A stretch of 64,000 bases of DNA from the human T2T-CHM13v2.0 reference genome, Homo sapiens, in the NCBI RefSeq assembly GCF_009914755.1, contig NC_060937.1. The stretch is one strand, 5' to 3'. The notes below the pieces were generated by a model. That model was given only the letters and a program-made list of their open reading frames with translations, was not told the DNA's origin and did no database searches. Each line of letters begins with the position of its first letter. The stretch's first letter is position 1. Below, piece after piece: positions 51,420-64,000 of the stretch. The position numbers were made by a program, and so were the translations under genes.

Positions 51420-51760
51420 TCAGAGTGTTTATGGTATTTGTTAGGAATAGTAAAGTGATGAATTGTCCTAGAGTAGATAGCGTACATAGGGAGGAGAAGA
51501 AACTGTGCTTGGGAGGAGCCAGTTAGCAAAGATGTTAAAATCCAGGCACAGAAGTTTCCATATTTCCTGAAATATGATGGGTAACGAGGAATCAATAAAG
51601 TTTTTAAGTGGAACGGTCTGAAGAAAAGAGTAAGGATAGGAGATTAATCTAGCAATAATCTGCAGGATGCTTTGGGAAAGGGTGTGGAGACTGGATGGTC
51701 AAGGTGACCATTTCAAAGGCCACTGTAGAAATTCAGATTGCAAGCAATAAAGACTTAGGC
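51420..51760 (-). mobile_element. L2 fragment
   Basis: aggaatcaataaagtttttaagtgg…ggagactggatggtcaaggtgacca…aaggccactgtag. Confidence 0.55.
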
Positions 51761-52404
51761 TTTTGCTAATAAAGAAAACGTAAACTAGAAGACTGGAGTT
51801 CTGCTTCCAGGATTGGCCTTAAATGGAACTAAACGTATCCTCTTACTATAAAAAAGATTTTTAAAAAAACCCCAAACATCAAGAAGAAAAAACATTCAGT
51901 AAAATAAAACTCATGATTTTGTACAGTAGGCAACAGGCAGTGCAAGTGTAAGACTAAGATATATGAGAAAAGAAAAGTAATGAAGGTAATTCTATATCAA
52001 CCTGGATTTCTGAAGTGACAATCTAGGACAATGGCTCTCAGAGTAAGATGAGAAGACAGAGATGAAAGTTTAGGAGGCCCTGGGCTGCTGGAATTTGCAA
52101 CGTAAAGGACCAGAGAAGAGATAGTGACACAGAGAAAGAGATCTGTCTTAGTAGTTTCTAGAGCTCTCACAGAGCTGGCAAGTCCTTGAGACCCATAAGA
52201 AGCATGGCTTAGCAGGGCTAAACTAGCCCAGAATAAAGACTACCATCTTTATTAATAAATCGGAAAAACCATCTTCAGAAGGTTCAAACTAAGCCAAATA
52301 TAACTGACAGAAGAAAGTCTAATACTTTTGAAAGAAGACAACATAATCTAGCACACAACAACATAAAATTCACTATGTCCAGTGCTCAATTAAAAACAGC
52401 TCAA

Positions 52405-53179
52405 CAATTGAATTAGTATAGCCATTATGGAAAACAGCAGGAAGAATCCAGAAAAACTTACAAATAGAACTACCATAGGATCCAAAAATCCCACTACTGG
52501 TTATATACCCAAAAGAAGTGAAGTCACTATGTCAAAGAGAAATCTGCACTCCCATCTTATTGCAGCACTATTTACAACAGCCAAGATATGGAATCCAGCT
52601 AAGTGTACCTCAACAGAAAAATGGATAAGAAAACATGGTCTATTTATCTATCTAGACACAATGGAATGACATGCAGTCTTAAAAAAGAAGGAAATTTTGT
52701 CATTTGTGACAACATGAATAAACCTGGATGACATTATGCTAAATGAAATAAGCCAGGCATAAAAAGATAAATAACATATACTCTCACTTATATGTAGAAT
52801 CTAAAAAAGTTGATCTTATAGAAGCAGAAAGTAGATTAACGGTCACTAGGATATGGGGGGAATGAGAGGGAGTAGAGGGATAGATGTTACTCAAAGGATA
52901 TAAAATTTCATTTAGACAGGAGAAATAAGTTCAAGAGATATATTGTGCAACATGGTGCAATTAATAATTTTTTGTTAACTATAACAAAATATTGTATTCT
53001 TGAAAACTGCTAAAAGAATGGATGTTAGGTGTTCACACCACAAAAATAATAACTATTTGAGGCAATGCGTATGTTAATTAGCTAGGTTTAGTCATTACAC
53101 AATCTATATATCCTTCCAAACATTGTATTGTACATGATATATATAATCTTATCTGTCAATTAAAAATTAAATATTAAGA
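52405..53179 (+). mobile_element. L1MA (MA3-5-like) 3' end
   Basis: ORF2 C-terminus plus L1MA 3'UTR; degenerate TSD aaaaa(c/t)agct(c/t)aa at 52392 and 53180. Confidence 0.85.
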
Positions 53180-53837
53180 AAAAATAGCTTAAAAAGAAAA
53201 AAGACTAAAAAATTTGGCCACAATCATGAGAAAAGCCATTCAATAAAACACCCACAGATAACATGGTGTTAGAATAATCAGACAAGGTTATTAAAAGAGT
53301 TTTCACAAATATGCTAAAGGTTTAAAGTAAAATACGACGATAATGAGAGAAATGGAAGATGTGAAAAAACTAAGTGGTAATTCTAGAGATGAAAATACAA
53401 TAGCTAAAATGAAACTAAATAAATGAATGGGATTAACAGCAGATTAGATACTTCAGAAGAAAAATCAATGAACTTAAATAATAATGTAAATTAAACTGAA
53501 GCACACAGAAGGAAAAAATGAAAAAATGAATCAGCAGCTCTTCAGTGACCTATGGTACAATATTAAGAGTGCTAACATGCATGTAACCAAGCCCAAAAGG
53601 AAGGAGAGGGTCCATCTGAAAAACTAATGCCAAAAATTTTTTCAAATGTTCATTCCCAGACAGGATAAATGCAAAGACGACCGCACTAGGTCATATTATA
53701 ATCAAAATTTTGAAATAATTGGTAAAGAAAAAAATCTTACTAGAGGAAAAAGACACAAATAGAAAAGAGCATATGCAAGAATTATCTCAGGATCCTCATT
53801 TGAAACTGTGTGGCCAGGAAAACAATGGAACAACATC

Positions 53838-53839
<2 letters not shown>

Positions 53840-53871
<32 letters not shown>

Positions 53872-54066
53872 CTTTCAATTCTAGGGTGCATGCGAACAAC
53901 GTGTAGGTTTGTTACATATGTATACATGTGCCATGTTGGTGTGCTGCACCCATTAACTCATCATTTACATTAGGTATATCTCCTAATTCTATATCTCTCC
54001 CCTCCCCCCACCCCATGACAGGACACGGTGTGTGATGTTCCCCATCCTGTGTCCAAGTGTTCTCAC
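53840..54066 (-). mobile_element. L1PA4/5-like 3' end with (TAT)n tail
   Basis: Perfect 14-bp TSD tggaacaacatctt at 53826-53839 and 54067-54080. Confidence 0.96.
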
Positions 54067-55099
54067 TGGAACAACATCTTAAAGCGCTCAAAGGAAGATT
54101 GGGAGTGCAAATCCCAGGAAAAATATAATTATATTTTTCTATATATAGAAAAAATTCCATCAAATATCATCATGAATAATTCATCTAATCATGGGAAAAA
54201 CAGCACAAACCCACAGACCAGAGGAGACTGCTAAGACATGACAACTAAATGCAATATGGTAACCTGGATTGAATCCTCAAACAGAAAGAGACATGTACAA
54301 ATTTTATTTACTATTAATATACAAACATCATGTTTGTTAGTTTTGACAAATGTACCATGGAAATATTAGACTTTAACAGTGGAGGATACTGAATAAGAAA
54401 TATATGGGAACTCTCTTCACTATCTTCTCAGCTTTCACATGCAACAAAAATTATCCCCAAATATGTGTTATTTAAATAAATAATGGTGAAATAAAGACTT
54501 TCTTGGCTGTAAGCAAATAGAAACTGAAAATTCATTGCTAGTGAAAGATATCACCTTCTTAGCCATCCAAAAATGTTAAATAAAGCTCTTTAAGCTGAAG
54601 AAAATTATGGAAATTTGTGTCTACACAAAGGAATGAAGAGTACCTGATGTTAAATATGTAGATAAATATGTATATATATGTATTTTCACTTAAAAATTTC
54701 TATAAATATTTTCACTGCCTAATGAAAAATTTAAAAAATTCAGTTTATATATATATGTATATGTATATGTATAAATAGTTGGCTAGCCATATGCCGAAGA
54801 CTGAAACTGGACCTCTACCTTTCACCATATACATATATATTGTATCTATGTAATATATAGTATGTGTGTACATATGTATAATGCTTGTGCATATGTGTGT
54901 AAAATGTATAGAAACAATAGCACAGAGAATGAGGAGAGACGTGGAAGTGTAAGGCAGACTATGGTAAGCTAAATATGCATAGTGTGAATGCTAGTGCCAC
55001 CACAAACACAGAGATAAAAACCAAGGAGATAGAGCTAAGAAGCCAATAGTGGAGATAAAATGGACTACTAAAAAATAACTCAAAAGAAGGTAGATATAT

Positions 55100-55208
55100 T
55101 ATGACACAGAAAGAAGGCTCTCACCAAATGCAGTGCTTCACTTTTGGACTTCCCATCCTCTGGGATCATGAGCTAAATAAACTTCTTTTCTTTATAAGTT
55201 AAAAAAAA
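55100..55208 (+). mobile_element. MST/MLT1A-type LTR fragment ending at its poly(A) site
   Basis: gaaggctctcaccaaatgcag…ggacttcccatcctc…aataaacttcttttctttataagtt followed by A8. Confidence 0.75.
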
Positions 55209-56310
55209 GACAGGTTTAAAAAAGACAAGAGGAAGAAAAAAATAACATATAGAAAGTAAATAGCAAGACTGTATTGAAAATAGCATTAAATATAAATGGC
55301 CTGCATAATCCTATTTTAAAAAGTAGTCCATAAAAGGAAGTCTCAACTAAATGTTTTTGTCTACCATGTAAACACTTTGAATATAAAACACAAATAGTTT
55401 TAAAACAGAAAGGATAGAAAAAAGAGATACCATGCAAAAGCTAACAGAAAAGACTGATGTGGTTATATTAATATGAGACAAATTATACTTCTAAAATTAC
55501 TATACAAGAAATATTACCTAGACCAAAATCACACATTTTATAACAATAAAGAAATCAACTCATAAAAAAGAAATAACAATCCTAAATATGTATACATTTA
55601 ATTACAGAGCTTCGAAAACAAAATTAACCAAAAATTTAAGATACATTGTTATACAAAGACTTTTATATGAATGTAAGCATTATTTATAATAGCCCTAAAC
55701 TGGAAAAAAAAAATAAACAGGTGAATGGATCAGCACATCTGATATATCCGGATATTGGAATACTACTGGCAATAAAAAAGAAAGAACTGCCAATAAATGC
55801 AACCACATGGATAAATCTATAATACATTATGCTTAGTAAAAGACTACAGGTACAAAAAAGCACATACTGTATGACTCAATTTATATGAAATTCTTGAAAA
55901 AGCAAACGTCATCTATAATGATGGAAAGAAGATTTGCCTATTTTGGGGTTTGTGGGAGGAATAAACTGCAAAGTGCCATGGGACCTTTTTGGGCCAATGA
56001 AAATTGTATATCATTTGATTGTGGTGGTAGTTACATGAACATGTAAATTTGTCAAAATAATACACTTAAAATGGGTATGTTTTATGGTATATATAATTTA
56101 TTATTGAACAAAGTTAATTATGTAATAATGAGAACAATAAACAATCCATTCCTCCCCAGATATCCTTAATTGAAGAGATATTTTAAAGAAAAATAATGAT
56201 GAAACATAACACATGATAAAATGTGATAACAGAAGTTCAGAAATAGGAAATTTGGGAAAGGAAACTTGGGTTGATAGAAATAAGGTGACAAATTATAAAA
56301 ATAGGTTGCA

Positions 56311-58340
<2,030 letters not shown>

Positions 58341-59019
58341 AGTATTTTTGAAAATCTTTCATTCACTGACAGGAAACAGTAATGATGAATAGTTCAGAAA
58401 AAAATAGACTGCATTTTTCTGAAAAAGTGTAAAAAGTACATATCACTACATAACCAATCAAACAAATGACAAAGTTCCCTCTGGGCTGTGCAAAATTTCA
58501 GTACAAACTCCTCTACCTGTAGCAATGGTCAAAGAAAAAGGAAATATACATGGCATCCTGGAACTCTGAAAATTCCAATATAAGTCCTGAGTTAACAAAG
58601 AAAATTAAAATTTAATATTATTTTTACTGACTTTTTTAATGTTTAAGGACTGATAATTCATGCAATAATTTATACTGAAACATTTTACAAATCAGAATTT
58701 ATAGGAGAAAGCTCCCATACCAATGCAATAGAAATGAAAAGTACATATGTCAATAATAAAACAGTTACGGTGTATAACAAAATAATGATGAATATCATTT
58801 TCATACACATGTAACCTTAATTTCTAATCCTCCCAACAGAATGGCAATGTCAATATTATTGTCCTTATTTTAGAAAGGAAAAAAGCTAAAAGTGAGAAAA
58901 GTGTACAGGCTGAAATGAAGGAAAGTGTATGTTTGCCAATGATCTCATCACCAATAAGGATTAAATCCTTAGCCTTGATTGCCTTTTCTCACTGAGTCTG
59001 ACAGATTGAAGTTCACCTT

Positions 59020-59255
59020 TTCTAGGAACTTTTATCAGAAACCTCTGGCAAAGTTATTCACTCTCATTTGTATCCCCAAAATATTTTGGGCACAGTTTTA
59101 TCAGTTAGCTTTTACTATTCATATGCCTAAGTCTTTTTAACAGACACTGCTCCTTAAAGGGGGTTATTAGGTCTCAGCCATTCATTATATTCACAGCAGG
59201 CAACAGTTTCTGGTACATATTTAGTAAACAATAAATGGCATATTTAGTAATGAAT
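59020..59255 (+). mobile_element. L2 3' end
   Basis: ctccttaaaggggg…gtctcagccattc…tggtacatatttagtaaacaataaatg. Confidence 0.55.
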
Positions 59256-59749
59256 TACCAAACTACATATAAAAGTAAACATTCAGGAATGTAAGACGGA
59301 TGTTTATTTACTGTATACAAAATGATATTAAAGAAGAAAACTACATGTCACACCAACCATCATAGTTCTTGAAACAGAGTTACAGTCAATAATATTTGCT
59401 GAACTAATGTCTAACACAGCATTCTTTAATACTGAAGCAGACATAGCTCCATAACTCACTAACTCCTGACTCAGGAATTAAAAAACACACAAAATAATTT
59501 GATATTCACAGTAATAGGGAAGTCATCTTCTTCACATTTGAATAGACCCTGCATTTCCACAAAACATTTAAAACAAGAAGTTCACTTAGAGGCAAGCAGT
59601 TTCATTTTATACCTAAGAATGAATGAGTCCCAAGGGAATAAATTATTTGTAAAAGAATGCATCAGTTTGAGTTCTGATTTCAATCATAACTGAGTAAATG
59701 GTACTAGACTAGCTCTCTGTTAGTAAATAAATAGAGAAATGGAAAATAT

Positions 59750-61108
59750 AGAAAATAAGATTATTAAGGTTTGGATTATAGGCATTATAGAACTTTGGTT
59801 TGTGACAGAAGGAAAACAAACAACATAAGTCCCACAAACATCTTTTTCTCTGTCTGGGCACAATTTTCCAGCTGTAGAAAGAGAACAACAGCCAGGGAAA
59901 AGATAGTAGTCCCATGGAGCTCAGAAGGTAGAGATCAGAGTACAGAGCTGATGAAGCAGCTGAAATCTGTAGGGAAGAGCATTTGAGAGAAAGTAGCTGA
60001 ACAGAGAGAAACAGAAGTCCAATACGGGAGTCTCCTGTGAGCCTGTGTCTGATGGCTGGGCTGTATGTGAGCAGGGAAAACTTCTGAAAGTTACTGGATA
60101 GCTGCTTCTGTGAAGTTGAGAGTGGAATGAAGATATCAAAAACCGAGCTGTGCTGAGATACAAGCAACTCTGATGCTCAATTCCTGTCAGAGTAGAGAGA
60201 TAATATTAACATTTTATTAACAAATCTGGCATCCAGCTGAGATATCAATAAAATTCTGCCTTAGAAGTAAGAACCACATTCAAGAAGGGCTACTCTAAAC
60301 CCACATTAATGAAGTTTAAAACCATACCCTAACAAGTTCCAGAAGTTTAGAGGTTGAGCCCTGCCAAGTTAGAGAAGCTTGAGAAGAAATGTGAACTTTC
60401 CACTTGATACTAATAAAGTTTAAAACAAAGCCAACATAAAATCAAAATGATCATGCAGTAATTGAACTGTCTGGTGAATAATAGAAGATAGAAAAATTCA
60501 GATCTCAACAGGCTATCATTCAGAATGGCAAATATTAAATGAAAAATCACTAGATATGAAGACACCAGAAGATATAATCCATGGTGATATAAAACTCAAT
60601 CAATAGAAACTAAACCCAAGATGGCCCAGGGGCTGGACTTAGCAGATAATGGCTATAAAGCAGCTATTATAAATATGCTCAAAATATTAAAGGAAAGATA
60701 ATCTTAATGAATGAAGAGTCAGGAAATCTCAGGAGAGAAAGAGAAATTATTCTTTAAAACAGTGGAAATTCTAGACTGTAAAATACAATAACTAAAATAC
60801 AAAATTCACTGGATAGACATAACAATTTATTGAAGTTGACAGAAAAAATAATTGATGAATTTTAAGACAGATTAATATAAATTGCCCAATCTGAACCAAA
60901 AAGATAAAAATACTGAAGTAAAAATAAATGCAGAGTCTTTGCAACCTATAGGAAAACGTTAACATTTGGGTAGTTAAATCCTAGAAGAGAAGGGTGTGAT
61001 GTGGAGCCACAGAAATAACTCTGGAGCAATAATTTGTTAGTAACTTTCCAAATATGATGAAACCCTGAATTACAGACCCAAGTCCAATAACCTTTTATAT
61101 AAATGTGA
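59750..61108 (+). mobile_element. Old L1M 5' region and ORF1 start
   Basis: aatcaatagaaactaaacccaagatggcccag…taaagcagctattataaatatgctcaa… ORF1-like sequence. Confidence 0.65.
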
Positions 61109-61109
61109 A

Positions 61110-61387
61110 AAGATGGAGTCCCGCTCTGTCACTCAGGCTGGAGTACAGTGGCGCTATCTCAGCTCACTGCAAACTCCGCCTCTTGGGTTCAAGCAATTCT
61201 TTGCCTCAGCCTCTCAAAGAGCTGGGATTATAGGCACCCACCACCATGCCCAGTTAATTTTTGTATATTTAGTAGAGACAAGGTTTCATCACCTTGGCCA
61301 GGCTGGTCTTGAACTCCTGACCTCATGATCCATCCACCCCAGCCTCCCAAAGTGCTAGGATTATAGGCATGAGCCACCGCGCCTGGG
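61110..61387 (-). mobile_element. AluS lacking poly(A) tail
   Basis: Complete Alu body, but agatggagtc abuts L1M sequence with no T-run. Confidence 0.95.
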
Positions 61388-61487
61388 CAACAGTTAGGTT
61401 TTCAACTCTTGCCCCCTCCTTACCTCCCTCATCTGGTAGTCCCCAGTGTCTATCTTTGCCACCTTTATGTCCATGAGTACCGATTGA
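61388..61487 (-). mobile_element. L1PA15/16-like 3'UTR fragment
   Basis: ttttcaactcttgccccctcc…gtagtccccagtgtctat…tttatgtccatgagtacc. Confidence 0.8.
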
Positions 61488-61494
61488 ACAACTT

Positions 61495-62230
61495 TCAAAA
61501 TGCAATAAGATAACACATAATACCAATTGAAATGGCTAACATTAATGTTGAACAGCAACCAATATTGGTCAGGATGTGAAATAATTGGAATTCTCATATA
61601 CTGCTGGTAGAAGCGTAAAATGCTATAATTACTTTAGAAAAAAAGTGTGTATCTTTCTGTGGAATGAAATATACATTTATTTCATGACCCAATTTTAGTC
61701 TTAGGTACTTCAAAGAAACCAAAACATGTCTCCAAAATGGCGTAGATGTGAATGTTTGTAGAAGCTTTATTAGTTGTTGCAAAACCTGGAAACAGCTCAA
61801 AGGTACCCCAATAGAAGACTGATTAACAAATTATGGCATGTGAATATCATGGAATACTATTGAGTAATTCTCAAAAACCAACCAGTCATCCAACCGGCAA
61901 ACCAAAAGTGAATGCATGCAATAACCTAGAAGCAACTTAGTAACTGAATGCCGAGACAAATAAGCCAGACAAAAACACTGTAGATTGTATGATTCTATTA
62001 AGGTGAAGTTTAAAAATAATAGACTTAATCTCTGGTGATAGAAATAGATCAGAAGTTGCCTATATGTGTGGGGACTAACTAAGAAGAAGGAATATAATTT
62101 CCTGGGGTGATTTGCAAATATCTCAATTGGAGTGTTGATTACAGAGATATGTACATTTGTCAAAACATATAACAGTTTATCTCTAGGATCTATGCATTTC
62201 ACTGTGTATATATATATATTTTATCTCAAA
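61495..62230 (+). mobile_element. L1ME-like ORF2 end and 3'UTR
   Basis: gaattctcatatactgctggtagaagcgtaaaatg…tgtatgattctatt…gtacatttgtcaaaac…tatgcatttcactgtgt. Confidence 0.75.
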
Positions 62231-63044
62231 AACTGCTCATAGAACATTATTTAGGCAAGATCATCAAGGGCCTAAAACTATTAGAAATGGTAAAAACAAT
62301 CCCATTTACTGAAATATTACAGCATGATTAAGAAAAGGGATTAAGTTCAGGGTCAGACTTACAGTATGATGTGCTGATATTTGGAAGCCTTAAAGACTGT
62401 GCTACTTTTTCTCTTTACCACACTCCCATGCTCCCTTGAAACCCCAACTCTCCTTCAGCAGTAAATAGGGCATTCCTTATTAGACCAGAAAACATGATTA
62501 CAATTCTATGCTTTTTGTTTTTAGTTTATGTTCACATTTTTAATTGCAAAGCAGGCATTACAGCTCCTGGGAGAGACAATAAGCTTGGAAGTCGATTTTT
62601 CAATTTAAAAGAGTGACGATTCAAGTGTTTCAAAAGATAAATTCCCAAAGGTCTCAGGATATAAAGATTATGTTCCAAATACGAGGTTTGAGAGAATGGA
62701 GAAAGATGTAAAATGAGCTTGTTTTAGGATAAAACTGCTTTGGGAAGGATGAAAAGGAGATGAAGAAAGAGTCGAAAAGAAGGGTAATGGCGAAGTTTTG
62801 GAATCCTTCCTCTACCTCTCTCTCTGCTGTCCTACGTCCCATTTCCCTATGAATAACAAAGGTGTGGATAAATCACCCCAGTTTCACACATCATAGTATC
62901 AAAGATTAGAGGGGAGATGGCTGTTTTGAGTTATCAAGAAAAGACTTCTGGAAATAATGAAGTCTGTGCTGGCTTATGTAAATGCAGCTTGGGACTTGGA
63001 GCCTTGATCTACCCAGTCTCGTAAAAGGTACTCAGGACAATCCT

Positions 63045-63180
63045 TTTTTGTTCTTTTTCAACTTTTATTTTAGATTCAGGGTACATGTGCAGGTTTGTTA
63101 CTTGAGTATATTGCATGATGCTGAGGTTTGGGGTACAAATAATCTCATAACCCAGGTATTGAACATAGTACCCCACAGTC
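63045..63180 (-). mobile_element. L1PB/late-L1PA 3' end, very short
   Basis: 19-bp TSD aggtactcaggaca(a/g)tcct at 63026-63044 and 63181-63199. Confidence 0.92.
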
Positions 63181-63403
63181 AGGTACTCAGGACAGTCCTG
63201 GAGTTGCTACTATTATACCTGGAGAGCAAGTAGGTACCAAAAAAAAAAAAAGAAAGAAAAAAAGAAAAAAATTAAACTTCCTGAGACTAACAGAAGGTTC
63301 TTAAAGGAACTTGGAACTTAAGGGTTTTACTGTGAGTACTCGAAGGCTAGAGTAGTTTGCCCCTTTGACTATGAATACTTGTTCTGAGTAGCCATCTTCA
63401 AGC

Positions 63404-63466
63404 AATTTGGTTCCTTTCATAATAAATTTGGTTCCTTTCATAATAAATTTGGTTCCCTTCATAATA
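63404..63466. repeat. 3 x 21-bp minisatellite
   Basis: aatttggttcc(t/c)ttcataata three times. Confidence 0.97.
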
Positions 63467-63709
63467 AGTGAACTGATACTAAAGGAAATTTTATTGTTTG
63501 CTGATGTCACATGTCTATTACCTCAGCTATAAATATACAAAATAGCTAGACCTAATGGATGAAAGCTGTCATTGATTCACAAGTCCTCAAAAAGCACAGG
63601 CTACAGTGAAAGTTTTTTTCCATGGCACACCTAAATGTACTTTTTGGCTGATAATAAAGGATGCCAAGCACATCGGGCATAGACTTTGTGCCTGGAAGCA
63701 GTGGGACAG

Positions 63710-64000
63710 TGTGGTACCCAGAATTCAACGTAGTCCCCCAAGATTTTCAACCCTTACCCTCATAACTGTTAATATGACATATCATGCCCATGGTTATTCT
63801 ACCTTACATGGAAAAAGGAATTTTACAGATGTAAATAAGGTCATTAATCAATTTACCCAATGCTAATCAAAAGGGACATTATCCAGTTGGGCCTAATCTA
63901 ATCATGAGCTTTTTGAAAGTAGAGAATTTTTTTCAGCTGGTAGCAGAGAGTACATCAGAGAGACTAGAAACACAAACAGTGCACTCATGTTAGCTTGAAG
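63710..64000 (+). mobile_element. MLT1E-like MaLR LTR (runs off the window)
   Basis: tgtggtacccagaatt…ccttacatggaaaaaggaattttacagatgtaaataaggtc…attatccagttgggcctaatctaatca. Confidence 0.85.

Larger units (their letters stand above)
51790..56130 (+). mobile_element. Old L1M (MC/MD/ME-like) mosaic: 5' region, ORF1, inter-ORF, EN start and 3' end, with nested inserts
   Basis: A-rich ORF1-like 53250-54600, EN-like 55280-55620, 3' end 55640-56120; L1MC-like 3'UTR piece at ~54200-54480. Confidence 0.7.

Noticed and set aside
59709-60167. 152-aa minus-strand ORF
   Set aside because: Antisense to an old L1M 5' region, non-ATG start, low-information composition.

Overview
AT-rich, CpG-depleted primate (probably human or ape) genomic DNA, identified by AluJ/S, FAM and L1PA/PB/MA-ME elements. 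There is no intact single-exon CDS: ORF-track hits are L1/Alu remnants or chance frames. About half the window is nested transposon fossils, including a near full-length L1PA15/16-type element carrying an antisense L1, plus MaLR/ERVL LTRs, MER44A, L2, MIR, a CR1/L3 RT remnant and a 5S rRNA retropseudogene. The main non-repeat signal is in the repeat-poor first 7.2 kb. By eye, nine small plus-strand candidate exons join with compatible phases into about 250 codons that end in TAA followed by AATAAA. One in-frame stop and two non-GT donors suggest the 3' part of a decayed (possibly unitary) multi-exon gene that I cannot name. Other oddities: an L1 with an inverted copy of its own ORF2 in its 5'UTR, an L1 whose RT core is replaced by poly(A), a TSD-flanked block of older repeats inside a younger L1, a polyadenylated LTR retrocopy and several locally templated insertions. 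Repeat subfamily names come from recalled consensus sequences and repeat boundaries are approximate.
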